Below are positions 1 to 12,548 of a stretch of DNA of 64,000 nucleotides, in pieces. The stretch's first letter is position 1; each line of letters starts with the position of its first letter. The notes under the pieces were generated by a model, which saw only the letters and a list, made by a program, of their open reading frames with translations, did not search any database and was not told where the DNA came from. The stretch spans positions 175,083,733 to 175,147,732 of the forward strand of contig NC_068982.1 in the NCBI RefSeq assembly GCF_001194135.2. Reading direction: 5' to 3'. The stretch comes from Octopus bimaculoides. Its lineage: Eukaryota. Position numbers and translations under genes: made by a program.

Positions 1-90
1 TAACTATGGTCTATTCTTAGCACTTACTCAGCATTACATGAAACCTCTGGGTCTAATTGACACCACTACCGCTCATAACCTCTCTCTCTC

Positions 91-141
<51 letters not shown>

Positions 142-145
<4 letters not shown>

Positions 146-702
146 TGTTTGGAGTGATCGCTAGTGATGGTAATGTTATGCCTCCATTCATCTTCCCACA
201 CGGCCTCAGACCCCACATGGTTGCCTACATTAAGTACCTGGAGGAGGTAGTGCTGGAAGACTCTATGTCTGGCAACAGGACTCTGCACCATGCCACACAA
301 GCAGGAAAACCTAGTCATGGGTATCAGACAATTTCTGCGATCACGTAACCCCTAACATCTGGCTACCTAACTGCCCAGATTGCAACTCCCTTGATTATTA
401 TGTGTGGGGTGCAGTTGAGCGAGAGACTAATAAAACTTCTTGTAACACCAAAGATGAACTGAAGTTAAGGATTATGGCAGCATTCACCAACTTAAACAAA
501 GAGACCATCCAGAAGAGTTACAGGAGATTCCAATGTCGTCTGGAGGCCGTGCTTGAAGCCAATGCCAATTGTATTGAATGACTTTACTCTTTAGTATTTC
601 AAGATATTTTAATGTAATTTTGGTAAATATACGTGTTAAAATGAGATGTCTGTTATTTTCGTTTTTGCGTAATTTGGACGACAATTTATTCACTGCACCC
701 TG
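142..702 (+). mobile_element. Tc1/mariner-superfamily DD37D (maT-type) transposon, decayed 3' portion with right TIR
   Basis: Manual translation gives MVFGVIASDGNVMPPFIFPHG...YVWQQDSAPCHTSRKT*SWVSDNFCDHVTPNIWLPNCPDCNSLDYYVWGAVERE...RLEAVLEANANCIE*. There are 37 residues between the D of QDSAP and the D of LDYY. One in-frame stop and a frameshift are present. The element ends ...CACCCTG followed by TA (703-704). Confidence 0.85.
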
Positions 703-1319
703 TATATATGCATGTATGTATATATATATATATATATNNNNNNNNNNNNNNNNNNNNNNNNNNNNNNNNNNNNNNNNNNNNNNNNNNNNNNNNNNNNNNN
801 NNNNNNNNNNNNNNNNNNNNNNNNNNNNNNNNNNNNNNNNNNNNNNNNNNNNNNNNNNNNNNNNNNNNNNNNNNNNNNNNNNNNNNNNNNNNNNNNNNNN
901 NNNNNNNNNNNNNNNNNNNNNNNNNNNNNNNNNNNNNNNNNNNNNNNNNNNNNNNNNNNNNNNNNNNNNNNNNNNNNNNNNNNNNNNNNNNNNNNNNNNN
1001 NNNNNNNNNNNNNNNNNNNNNNNNNNNNNNNNNNNNNNNNNNNNNNNNNNNNNNNNNNNNNNNNNNNNNNNNNNNNNNNNNNNNNNNNNNNNNNNNNNNN
1101 NNNNNNNNNNNNNNNNNNNNNNNNNNNNNNNNNNNNNNNNNTGTGTGTGTGTGTGTATGTATGTATGTATATGTATATGTATATATACCTACATACACAC
1201 ATTTATATACATATACATACATGCATATATATATATATATATATATGTATATGTATATATATATACGTACATGATATATATGTATATATGTATATATATA
1301 TATATATATATATAATAAT

Positions 1320-1431
1320 AATACAAATGATATGTGAGCATATGCATATATACATACATATATGTACATACCTACATCTACATATGTACATATATGTATA
1401 TACGCATCTGCTCACATATCATTTGTAGTAT
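1320..1431. repeat. Local inverted repeat made of the family E retroelement tail end
   Basis: ATACAAATGATATGTGAGCA (from 1321) is mirrored by TGCTCACATATCATTTGTA (about 1409-1427). The left arm is near-identical to 41889-41950. Confidence 0.65.
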
Positions 1432-1463
1432 TATATTATCGAACGCCACGCGTCCATTTGCAA

Positions 1464-1506
<43 letters not shown>

Positions 1507-2257
1507 CATACATATGTGCCTATCGATCTGCTTATACCTTTATGTATGCGTCTGAGTTTGTAAACGTGTATATGATAACCATATCTTTCTTACGAAAACA
1601 AGTACAGCCACACACACACACAGTCACACACTGACACACAGACACATACACACACACGCATACACTATACCATACACACACTACATCGTATTGACGCTAC
1701 GCAAAATATATCTACACACACACACACTCACACACACACACACACACACACACATACATTTGCAGACATGCGTATATGTTTGTTCGTGTGTGTGAATCTG
1801 TGTATGTATATACAGATATGTATAGACACACATACGTAAATAGAAGCATGTAGCCAAACTTCACACATTAGGCGCTTTCAGTGTGGAAGTTTATTGTTTG
1901 TGTATTGAAGCACCAGGTGACCGATAGACAGTTGACTCAAAGAACTTCGTTTAACAATGAATTGGTATGAACAGTCGGAGACAATAATAATAAAAAATGA
2001 AATATAAACATATACCAGCACACATGCACGCACGCACACACACACACACATACACACACACACGCACACACGCACACACACACACACACACACACACTCT
2101 CATGAAGAGGTGTGCGTACATGTATGCGTTTGTATANNNNNNNNNNGCACGCACACACACACACACACACACACACTCTCATGAAGAGGTGTGCGTACAT
2201 GTATGCGTTTGTATATGCTTGCATACACTCATGCGTAGATATGTGTAAATATATAAG

Positions 2258-2294
<37 letters not shown>

Positions 2295-3002
2295 CAGTGT
2301 ATATAAATATGTATGTATATATACATGTGTGTATGTGTTAGTATGTGTGTGTCTGTGCACGCACATGTGTCGGCATACGCTAGTATATATATATATATAT
2401 ATNNNNNNNNNNNNNNNNNNNNNNNNNNNNNNNNNNNNNNNNNNNNNNNNNNNNNNNNNNNNNNNNNNNNNNNNNNNNNNNNNNNNNNNNNNNNNNNNNN
2501 NNNNNNNNNNNNNNNNNNNNNNNNNNNNNNNNNNNNNNNNNNNNNNNNNNNNNNNNNNNNNNNNNNNNNNNNNNNNNNNNNNNNNNNNNNNNNNNNNNNN
2601 NNNNNNNNNNNNNNNNNNNNNNNNNNNNNNNNNNNNNNNNNNNNNNNNNNNNNNNNNNNNNNNNNNNNNNNNNNNNNNNNNNNNNNNNNNNNNNNNNNNN
2701 NNNNNNNNNNNNNNNNNNNNNNNNNNNNNNNNNNNNNNNNNNNNNNNNNNNNNNNNNNNNNNNNNNNNNNNNNNNNNNNNNNNNNNNNNNNNNNNNNNNN
2801 NNNNNNNNNNNNNNNNNNNNNNNNNNNNNNNNNNNNNNNNNNNNNNNNNNNNNNNNNNNNNNNNNNNNNNNNNNNNNNNNNNNNNNNNNNNNNNNNNNNN
2901 NNNNNNNNNNNNNNNNNNNNNNNNNNNNNNNNNNNNNNNNNNNNNNNNNNNNNNNNNNNNNNNNNNNNNNNNNNNNNNNNNNNNNNNNNNNNNNNNNNNN
3001 NN

Positions 3003-3150
3003 CCTACGTCTACCTGTATATATAGGTGCATATCTGGGTAGAGGACATTGCAAACAAAACGTAGACAAAAAAATAATAATAAGCAGAGTACAGAACACGC
3101 ACAGGCCACAGAGAACATTTTCCTTCATCAGCTACCCCATTCTAACACAG
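3003..3150 (-). mobile_element. Family E repeat (probable PLE-type 3' tail fragment)
   Basis: Shares GCATATC(T/C)GGGTA-AGGAC and TTCCTTCATCAGCT with 41889-42123 and 33085-33290; the GCATATC..GGGTA block also occurs reverse-complemented at 57145-57245. Reads CTGATGAAGG on the minus strand. Confidence 0.55.
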
Positions 3151-3239
3151 GTGTAGGTGTGTATATATATAAAAGAAAAAAACAAACAAACGAATGTGAG
3201 GACGTAGCATAAGGAATGTATTGATATAACGTTTGGTGA

Positions 3240-3318
<79 letters not shown>

Positions 3319-4328
3319 ATAGAGTATGCATGAAACAATAGAAATCAAAATAACCATCTGAACATAGGTAGTATATGTGTTAACAAACGTGTATCGGCAT
3401 TAGCCATGCGATTTAGTCTTGGAGAAGACCTTACACACTTTTGGGTGTTATAAATATAACATGCTGGAATAACAACTTGTTAGACACCAGTATCTCGGTG
3501 TGGCTTCGCCTTCTCAGTGATAGATACTATCCCCCAACCCAGTAATCTGGTGTTAACTAGGGACATCTGTTCTGTATGCCAAGCAGGAAGCAAAACATTT
3601 GCTGATGTGTGTGTGTGTGGTAGCTTCTTAGACTATTTAAATCAATATACTGATTGAAACAGCAAAGATCAAAATAGCTATATATTATAAAATTTTATGA
3701 ACACATATATACACAATAGTGCTTGCTGTGGACGTTTATTCTTATAGACACATAGTTCGCATGGAAGATGAAAGAAATCCAGACAAAATGTGGACAATTA
3801 TGTTCTGGAAAAGAATCCCCAATAGAACGAATTTAAAATAGAAAGAACCACTTAATTCGATCTACTCGATCTTGAAAAGGCAAATTTTATGAGGAAAGTT
3901 AAGATAAAGTGCAATTGACAGGGCATCAGGGAGAAAACTATGCTAAATGAGTTCAAGTATTTTGGTTGGGGAGCTTCTCATTGATCACGCAAAATTAAAA
4001 CGAGACGTAAGGAGAGGAAGCCCCGTGGGTGTCAATAATCCTTCCAAATGTTCAACTTCTAATCAAGTTAGTCTTTCTATGACTGGTCTTGTTGACCACT
4101 CAAGATTACAAGAAGCAAAGCAAGCTAATTATCTCCTCCTGAAAGAATATGTACCTGTCATTCATGTAATAAACGTTTTTCTATCGGTGGTTTGAGAGAA
4201 ACATGTCTGCACTCTTAGGCTTATTGTCTTGATTCTGCATTGGATTTGTCTGAGAAGAGACATTTTTATAGCAGCTGTGGCAAAAGCTCCCAGTCAGCCA
4301 GGCTAGAAGGTTTTCGTTTTGCAGCTCT

Positions 4329-4381
4329 TTAAGAAGCAGCGGTCATTATCATTGAGAATGGTAATGACCACTGCTTGTTAA
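4329..4381. other. Near-perfect short hairpin (20-bp stem, 3-nt loop)
   Basis: AAGCAGCGGTCATTATCATT-gag-AATGGTAATGACCACTGCTT (4334-4376), with one mismatch and one G-T pair. It can be extended by flanking TTAA/TTAA. Confidence 0.8.
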
Positions 4382-4425
4382 TAAGCCTATGTCCATTACT
4401 GGTTCACAGGCGTGCGCTCGCGCAC

Positions 4426-4460
<35 letters not shown>

Positions 4461-5419
4461 NNNNNNNNNNNNNNNNNNNNNNNNNNNNNNNNNNNNNNNN
4501 NNNNNNNNNNNNNNNNNNNNNNNNNNNNNNNNNNNNNNNNNNNNNNNNNNNNNNNNNNNNNNNNNNNNNNNNNNNNNNNNNNNNNATATAAAAATAGAAA
4601 GATAAAGGGAGCAATGGTAAGGTTGGAGAAGTATTTAATGGATAGAGTCTTACAGCTGTTTCTGGGAAGATCCAGTACTTCCCTTCATCGGAGACAGAAA
4701 AAATAAAGTAATCTATTATTATATCCATAGGCGGATATTTTTAGTATGAAGTGGTAAAGAGTGTGATGTGCTGAAAAAAGAGAAAACAGTACTTGAAGTG
4801 TAGTTTCATTCCAGTAGTAAATATCCGTGTAGAAATCCGTGTAAAGTAATCCTTTGGTTAAATCCAATACCCTCCTCAACCTTATATATATATATATATA
4901 TACACTCTTAACACACCTAAAGTATCATTTATAAGGAGTGAAGTTAAGGAAAAAAATAGGACACATAATAAACAACATAAACAGAAAGATAACTCATAGA
5001 AACATAAAAATAGTTAACCACAATAGTGATTATCTAAGTAAAGGTATCTACATGGCTATGCGATTTTAAGTTAATAGGAATTTGAGGGAAAAGAACAATA
5101 ATATAAATGTGTTTATATTAAAGGAACTGATGTACATAGACAGAAAGAAAATAGATCAGAATCGATTTTTTTTCTGTATGATACTGTACAACAGAAGAAA
5201 TATAGGTATTTGTGAAGTAATCAAATTGTACTAATATGGTTCCTTATCGGCAAACAGATTTTATGCGTGAAGAAAATATGTTTCTGGGCTGGTTTTAACA
5301 TAAATGTTTCTGTGAAAGCAAATATAAATGCTATAAGAATGGCAAGTGTGATCTGAATTAAGATTGTGTACTTTATAGATGAGTATGTGTTAAAGCAATC
5401 GTTAGGTAGAGATAAGGTG

Positions 5420-5610
5420 AAGACGCGTGGCTTATTGATTAGGGGGTTGCTCTTATGATCGTAAGATTGTGGTTTCGATTCCTGGACCGGGCGATGTTCT
5501 TGAGCAAAGCACTTCATTTCACATTGCTCCAGTCAACTTAGCTGGAAGAAATGAGTAGTCTTGCGACGAACCAGTGGGAAAGGGAATAAATACGCTGCAG
5601 AACCCAGGAA
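5420..5610 (+). mobile_element. tRNA-derived SINE, family B (degenerate)
   Basis: Head GCGTGGCTTATTGATTAGGG...GGTTTCGATTCC (A/B-box-like), then TTCTTGAGCAAAGCACTTCATTTCACATTGCTCCAGTC, a middle block shared with the copies at 35.5 kb and 63.6 kb. Confidence 0.7.
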
Positions 5611-6192
5611 ACTGGCCTTATGAGCCTTTGATACTTTTTTTGAGGTAGAGATAAGAATTGGGGAATGAAAGCAAATATGAATGGCAATAAATATGTTAGG
5701 GGAAATTTAGTCACATCTGTAGCTTTGGTTGAAAGTGGTCGTTGAGTAGTTATTGAATTTTGGATGCAGGAATGGGTGAATAATGATGGAAATTCGCGCA
5801 GATTAACGCAAGAATTAAGAATTTTAGTGAAGCAGTGCTAATAAATTAAACAGGCAGCTAACATTGAAGTACAATATTGTGGGATTTGAAGTATATAATA
5901 CTGAAAGACGTGTATATTATTAGAAAAATGTGGGGTGGGGTTATAAGGAAAATGGGATCTTTTTTAAAACGGGGGCCACATTTTTCATTAACGAAACACT
6001 TTGAAACTTGGAACACTGGTAGAATGTGTCATATAAAACATCTTTTTCTCTTAGTCTTCTTTAAAAAAAAGAAATCCATAAATTATTCCATGTTAAAGTT
6101 GTCGTATTTCTGTAATTTCAACCAATCACTGACGTCCATTCAGCCGATATACATTAAGTGCCGACTACATAAACAAACGATTCTGAAACAAT

Positions 6193-6287
6193 TAACCCTA
6201 ACCCTAACCCTAACTCTAACCCTAACCCTAGCCCTAGGGTTAGAGTTAGGGTTAGGGTTAGGGTTAGGGTTAGGGTTAGGGTTAAAG
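6193..6287. repeat. Interstitial telomere-like palindrome (CCCTAA)n-(TTAGGG)n
   Basis: About 7 CCCTAA-type units switch at CCTAGG to about 8 TTAGGG-type units. The array runs into an N-gap at 6288. Confidence 0.9.
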
Positions 6288-6769
6288 NNNNNNNNNNNNN
6301 NNNNNNNNNNNNNNNNNNNNNNNNNNNNNNNNNNNNNNNNNNNNNNNNNNNNNNNNNNNNNNNNNNNNNNNNNNNNNNNNNNNNNNNNNNNNNNNNNNNN
6401 NNNNNNNNNNNNNNNNNNNNNNNNNNNNNNNNNNNNNNNNNNNNNNNNNNNNNNNNNNNNNNNNNNNNNNNNNNNNNNNNNNNNNNNNNNNNNNNNNNNN
6501 NNNNNNNNNNNNNNNNNNNNNNNNNNNNNNNNNNNNNNNNNNNNNNNNNNNNNNNNNNNNNNNNNNNNNNNNNNNNNNNNNNNNNNNNNNNNNNNNNNNN
6601 NNNNNNNNNNNNNNNNNNNNNNNNNNNNNNNNNNNNNNNNNNNNNNNNNNNNNNNNNNNNNNNNNNNNNNNNNNNNNNNNNNNNNNNNNNNNNNNNNNNN
6701 NNNNNNNNNNNNNNNNNNNNNNNNNNNNNNNNNNNNNNNNNNNNNNNNNNNNNNNNNNNNNNNNNNNNA

Positions 6770-7157
6770 GGCGTATGGTAAGTAGCTTGCTTACGAACCA
6801 CATGGTCCCGGGTTCAGTCCCACTGCGTGGCACCTTGGGAAAGTGTCTTCCACTATAGCCTCGGGCCGACCAAAGCCTTGTGACTGGATTTCGTAGACGG
6901 AAACTGAAAGAAGCCCGTCGCATATATGTATATGTATATATATATGCATGTGTGTGTGTATATGTTTGTGTGTCTGTGTTTGTTCCCCCAACATCGCTTG
7001 ACAACCGATGCTGGTGTGTTTACGTCCCCGTAACTTAGTGGTTCGGCAAAAGAGACCGATAGAATAAGTACTAGGCTTCCAAAGAATAAGTCCTGGGGTC
7101 GATTTGCTCGACTAAAGGCGGTGCTCCAGCATGGCCACAGCCAAATGACTGAAGCAA
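6770..7157 (+). mobile_element. tRNA-derived CORE-like SINE, family A, near full length
   Basis: Head GGCGTATGGTAAGTAGC...GGGTTCAGTCCC, then the CORE-like block CACCTTGGGAAAGTGTCTT, an internal (TA)/(TG) microsatellite and a 3' module ending in (AAAGAGT)n. At least 8 other copies occur in the window. Confidence 0.9.
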
Positions 7158-7854
7158 GTAAAAGAGTAAAAGAGTATAAGCTACAAAATAAGGTTATAAT
7201 ATTTAAGCAAAAAATAAGTTAGGATTGCATAATATAAATATAAACATATTTAGGTATATGCACGCTAGTAAATATGCAATTATACGTAAAGTGAACGAAT
7301 GTATATATTTGTATATATGTATGTTATTATTCAGTTTATTTCAAGATTTCTTGCCAATAGTGAAAGATCCGGTTTCTAACCTACATCCAAGGCTCCTTCA
7401 TTGGAGTTTCAACATCAACAACAGGGTATGTATGTATGTATGTATGTATGTATGTATGTATGTATGTATGTATGTATGTATGTATGTAGAGATTTGTATG
7501 TTTTATGTATGTATTCTCATGCATATAATTGCATATCTAGATATATATTTAAATGATAAACTTCTGGAAAGTTTTACAANNNNNNNNNNNNNNNNNNNNN
7601 NNNNNNNNNNNNNNNNNNNNNNNNNNNNNNNNNNNNNNNNNNNNNNNNNNNNNNNNNNNNNNNNNNNNNNNNNNNNNNNNNNNNNNNNNNNNNNNNNNNN
7701 NNNNNNNNNNNNNNNNNNNNNNNNNNNNNNNNNNNNNNNNNNNNNNNNNNNNNNNNNNNNNNNNNNNNNNNNNNNNNNNNNNNNNNNNNNNNNNNNNNNN
7801 NNNNNNNNNNNNNNNNNNNNNNNNNNNNNNNNNNNNNNNNNNNNNNNNNNNNNN

Positions 7855-7908
<54 letters not shown>

Positions 7909-7929
7909 CACACACGCACACGCACACAC

Positions 7930-7960
<31 letters not shown>

Positions 7961-8159
7961 AGCACACATCATACAGTCACGCATGCAGAAATGCATATAC
8001 GTGTACATATATATGCATACACGCACACATATACACACACATACATATATGTATACTTATATATATGTGTGTGTGTGTGTGTGTGTGCGTGTGTATATAT
8101 ATATGTGTGCGTATAAATATGTATAAATACACACACATACATATGCACTGACAAACATG

Positions 8160-8457
8160 ATGCTAGTCTCTCGTAATCTGAGAAAGACGGTTCTACACTT
8201 TCTTGCTGAGTAAACTGTACAAATGATTTGTTTATAGAGACCAAATCTTTATCCTGTACATTAGCTTACTCCCTCTATCAGACCGACGTTTCCTGGCCTG
8301 GTGCCCTGTGTACTAGACGTCAGGTGTCGAAGTGATTGCAAGCGCAACGTGGGATGTAGTGTTTTGCTCAAGAACACAGCACACCACCAGGTTCATGAAT
8401 TGAAACCACGTTCTCGCGATCGTGAGTGCAATACTCCTCACCACTAAGCCATGCACC
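8160..8457 (-). mobile_element. tRNA-derived SINE, family B head with a different tail
   Basis: Minus strand reads GGTGCATGGCTTAGTGGTGAGG...GGTTTCAATTC...TTCTTGAGCAAAACACTACATCCCACGTTGC. The 3' boundary is approximate. Confidence 0.7.
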
Positions 8458-8462
8458 ATCAC

Positions 8463-8516
<54 letters not shown>

Positions 8517-8639
8517 CTTTTTGGTAAGTGATAAAGGAGGATAAGGGAAAATGATATTACAGTCTGTGCACAATAATATGAGACTCAATAGTATTGCTTA
8601 AATGGATGGACTAAATCAATTTTCACGCAATTGTACCAC

Positions 8640-9900
8640 CTAAAAGAATGCGAAACATAACACAATGTAAAAACAATTGTACAGCTTACTACACTGATAG
8701 CTCATACTAGTAAAATCGTACTTAAGATTATTACTGACAGAATTAAAGTGAAATGCGAAATGAAAATAACAAAGTTGGTTTTAGAACTGGAAAAAGGACC
8801 GGGAAAGCTTTTCTTAATCTTAAAACGAATATTCAGAAAACTAGAGAGTGTCATAAAAAATATTTATTGCTTTTATTGACAATCAACAAGCTTTTGACAA
8901 GTTATTCATGATAAGTTATGGTCAGTGACGCTAGAATTGGGATTTCTTCAGCATTTTATTGAAATATTAAAATCATTTTATCTTCAGCAAATATAACCAT
9001 CAAAATAGATGTTTCACAGGGTTGTTTGAAACAGTGTATCGGACACGGCGAAGATAATACCCATTCCTATTCTTTGTGTAACATCCATGCAGAAAGTATA
9101 AAGCGGGAATAACATGATGGTTTTAATGGTACAATCGACATTGAAGGTAGAATGGTCACTAGTCTCGAATATGCCGAACCAGACTATCATTATTGCTGGT
9201 AGCGTAGAAGAATTGAGGATTTGGATATAGAAAATGAAAGAAAAAAGAGAATATATTTTATCTATTGATTTTTGACGAAATTGAATTATTACTATCTCAG
9301 GAACATATTATCAAGATAATCCAATAGTATTTGATAAGCATGCTGTCAAAGTGATGATTGAGTTTTGCTGGCCTGAAAGTTTTATTTCATATCAATGTGG
9401 CGACAGAAAAGAATAAAAGGATGAATTGCAACGGCAAAGTCTTCTATTATCTCTTTAAACCACTTCCGATAAAAAAAAAATCCATTATGAGTAGAAAGAC
9501 TAAATAGCTGCACACTTTGAATGCTGAATTCATTTAAAGAATTGCCAAGAAAAGTAAAGAGTTTCTAAGTTCGATGAGATAGACGAATACTGTATGGAAA
9601 CATTTCCTTTTGGGCCAACACATCAGTAAGTATTGGACCAAGACGGAATTGAATGAAATCTTCTAAAATAACTAAGTAGGCGAAAAGTTAGATATTTAAG
9701 GGCTAATTGTCTACAAATTTTTTTGATCACTGAAAAAAACTCCGGAGAAAGATAAAGAAAGTTCAAAAGAACGTGATGATATCACACTAGAGAGATAGCA
9801 GAATTGAAGATGCAATATCTAATTGTGGCATCAGAAGATAGATGAATAGAAAAGAGTAAAAGAACTGTGAAACGAGTCACAAACAAAGGCGATGGGTATG
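8640..9900 (+). mobile_element. Heavily decayed RTE-clade LINE reverse-transcriptase remnant
   Basis: Broken frames retain GFR.GK.T, LFID..(K)AFDK..HDKLW, an IEGRMVTSLEYA(D)-like YADD region and AEELR. Many stops and frameshifts. Confidence 0.65.
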
Positions 9901-11110
9901 CTATATATATATATATAATTAATACAATAATTTTTTGTTTATTTCTATGTGTCTTGACTATACTATACTGACGAGTGAAGATTATATATTACTATAATGA
10001 TCACGAAATCGGCGATCTATAGTTCAGTCTGTTTTTAAAAGGCTAGCTTCTTTGAAGGCTGCATTTCCTCGCATTCGGTAAAAATGTGTTTATTATGGTA
10101 GTTAATGTGAGGCATTCTTGTATAGTTATGCCCTCATATATATATATATANNNNNNNNNNNNNNNNNNNNNNNNNNNNNNNNNNNNNNNNNNNNNNNNNN
10201 NNNNNNNNNNNNNNNNNNNNNNNNNNNNNNNNNNNNNNNNNNNNNNNNNNNNNNNNNNNNNNNNNNNNNNNNNNNNNNNNNNNNNNNNNNNNNNNNNNNN
10301 NNNNNNNNNNNNNNNNNNNNNNNNNNNNNNNNNNNNNNNNNNNNNNNNNNNNNNNNNNNNNNNNNNNNNNNNNNNNNNNNNNNNNNNNNNNNNNNNNNNN
10401 NNNNNNNNNNNNNNNNNNNNNNNNNNNNNNNNNNNNNNNNNNNNNNNNNNNNNNNNNNNNNNNNNNNNNNNNNNNNNNNNNNNNNNNNNNNNNNNNNNNN
10501 NNNNNNNNNNNNNNNNNNNNNNNNNNNNNNNNNNNNNNNNNNNNNNNNNNNNNNNNNNNNNNNNNNNNNNNNNNNNNNNNNNNNNNNNNNNNNNNNNNNN
10601 NNNNNNNNNNNNNNNNNNNNNNNNNNNNNNNNNNNNNNNNNNNNNNNNNNNNNNNNNNNNNNNNNNNNNNNNNNNNNNNNNNNNNNNNNNNNNNNNNNNN
10701 NNNNNNNNNNNNNNNNNNNNNNNNNNNNNNNNNNNNNNNNNNNNNNNNNNNNNNNNNNNNNNNNNNNNNNNNNNNNNNNNNNNNNNNNNNNNNNNNNNNN
10801 NNNNNNNNNNNNNNNNNNNNNNNNNNNNNNNNNNNNNNNNNNNNNNNNNNNNNNNNNNNNNNNNNNNNNNNNNNNNNNNNNNNNNNNNNNAAGGGCTAAT
10901 TGTCTACAAATTTTTTTGATCACTGAAAAAAACTCCGGAGAAAGATAAAGAAAGTTCAAAAGAACGTGATGATATCACACTAGAGAGATAGCAGAATTGA
11001 AGATGCAATATCTAATTGTGGCATCAGAAGATAGATGAATAGAAAAGAGTAAAAGAACTGTGAAACGAGTCACAAACAAAGGCGATGGGTATGCTATATA
11101 TATATATATA
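9698..11110 (+). repeat. Identical 220-bp direct duplication on both sides of an N-gap (9698-9916 and 10891-11110)
   Basis: AAGGGCTAATTGTCTACAAA...GGCGATGGGTATGC(TA)n reads the same in both copies by eye, and the second copy starts exactly at the gap edge. Confidence 0.9.
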
Positions 11111-11998
11111 AGTAAAATTTGCTGTGTCTTAATGACCTAGTTGTGAGAAGAAGCTAGTAGAATAAACAGAACGGTAGATGCAATATACAATCATACTGAC
11201 GTTCGGCATGTATGTTGAAGGTACCGACATTTCACTAGCAGGTTATAGGACAGTTTAAATATGATAAAAAGATGTGTCTTTGAGAGCAAGGTGAAACTAT
11301 TAGTGGAAATGAATTAAAAAAGTCATGTTCGTCTTAAGAATGTTCTTTCGTTTCTTCATACTGGGTTGACTGTATTTTCTTGTGTTGAAAAAGACTTGAG
11401 TATAACTTCATAAAGACGACGTAATGTGATGTTAAGCAGCATGCATAACATTTCCTTATAACCATACGATGAGAGTTCGTACAGATAATATCAAGAGAAG
11501 AAGGATTGGTTTTAACACCAATCATCTATTTACAGAAAGTAAAAATATATACAATGAATTTGTCACAACATAATAGTGTTAGGAAAAATTGCAGAACTTA
11601 TAATAAAGAAAACCACATTTTAAAAGAATCTGTTGCGAGAATGACGACAGGAAAAACTTTCTTAGCTAGTTCCTGAAAAATACTCTAAAAGGGTTAAGAA
11701 ATGCATGACATAAGGTCATGAAGGATGAACAATGCAAAATAGCATTGTCAGAATGAATGACGAGGTTCCGTGGGGCAACCGAGCGTCAATGAATGATTTC
11801 CCCAAAATCAAGGTTTTTACAACTGCTGTAAACCCGATTCTAAGAACCTTTCTTTATGGTAAAGAAACTTTTCACGAAGACTAGAATCGATGTATGGACA
11901 GCAAAATCGACCAATAAAAAAGCGTAATTCATTTATAACAAAAGACAGCAGACACGACTATGACGTCATGTTGCTGCTAAACTTTTATAACCGCTACA

Positions 11999-12163
11999 CA
12001 TTTAAAAGGTAAAAATCTCTTCAGGGCAAAAATTAACAAATTCCATTTCCATGCGTTTGTCAACGCATGCTGCTATTTCAAGTGAGGAGAAACTTTCCAT
12101 CCATTGGGATGGAAATGAATTTTTGTCAATGTTTGCCCTGAAGAGATTTTTACCATTTAAATG
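11999..12163. mobile_element. MITE-like element with about 50-bp terminal inverted repeats
   Basis: CATTTAAAAGGTAAAAATCTCTTCAGGGCAAA...CATTTCCAT is mirrored by ATGGAAATG...TTTGCCCTGAAGAGATTTTTACCATTTAAATG. Confidence 0.75.
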
Positions 12164-12495
12164 CATAATGCAATCTTAATTGCAAAATATGAATGAAGGT
12201 AAGAAATTGAAACGTACGTAGGCGATATGAAATTGACTATTCTATAAATAAATAAATTTTTTTCCGCTCAAACTCTCCATTTCCCTTATATGATATTATT
12301 ACAATTCTGTTCTATTCGAATGGATGAAGACATCTATAACGACTAGTGGAACTTCATAAGTGTTAACAATAATACTAACACAAATTAATGAATTCCAAGT
12401 ATTTTAATTGATATGGAGCTAAACCAGGGTACGCTTGGATAAAATACATCTCTGTGAAAGAGCAACTTCTTTCCATTCGAAACTTCATAAATTCT

Positions 12496-12548
<53 letters not shown>

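Noticed and set aside
3947-4195. 82-aa ORF
   Set aside because: No recognisable motif, no supporting exon structure, and a length within chance expectation.
6193-6287. Ancient telomere-telomere fusion site
   Set aside because: The polarity is CCCTAA then TTAGGG, the reverse of a fusion signature.
8281-8328. Hammerhead-like string GACAC-CTGACGT...GAAACGTC-GGTC on the minus strand inside a SINE body
   Set aside because: A9 of the core is T, stem II has a mismatch and stem I needs a bulge. One degenerate copy cannot separate it from chance, so it needs a family consensus check.
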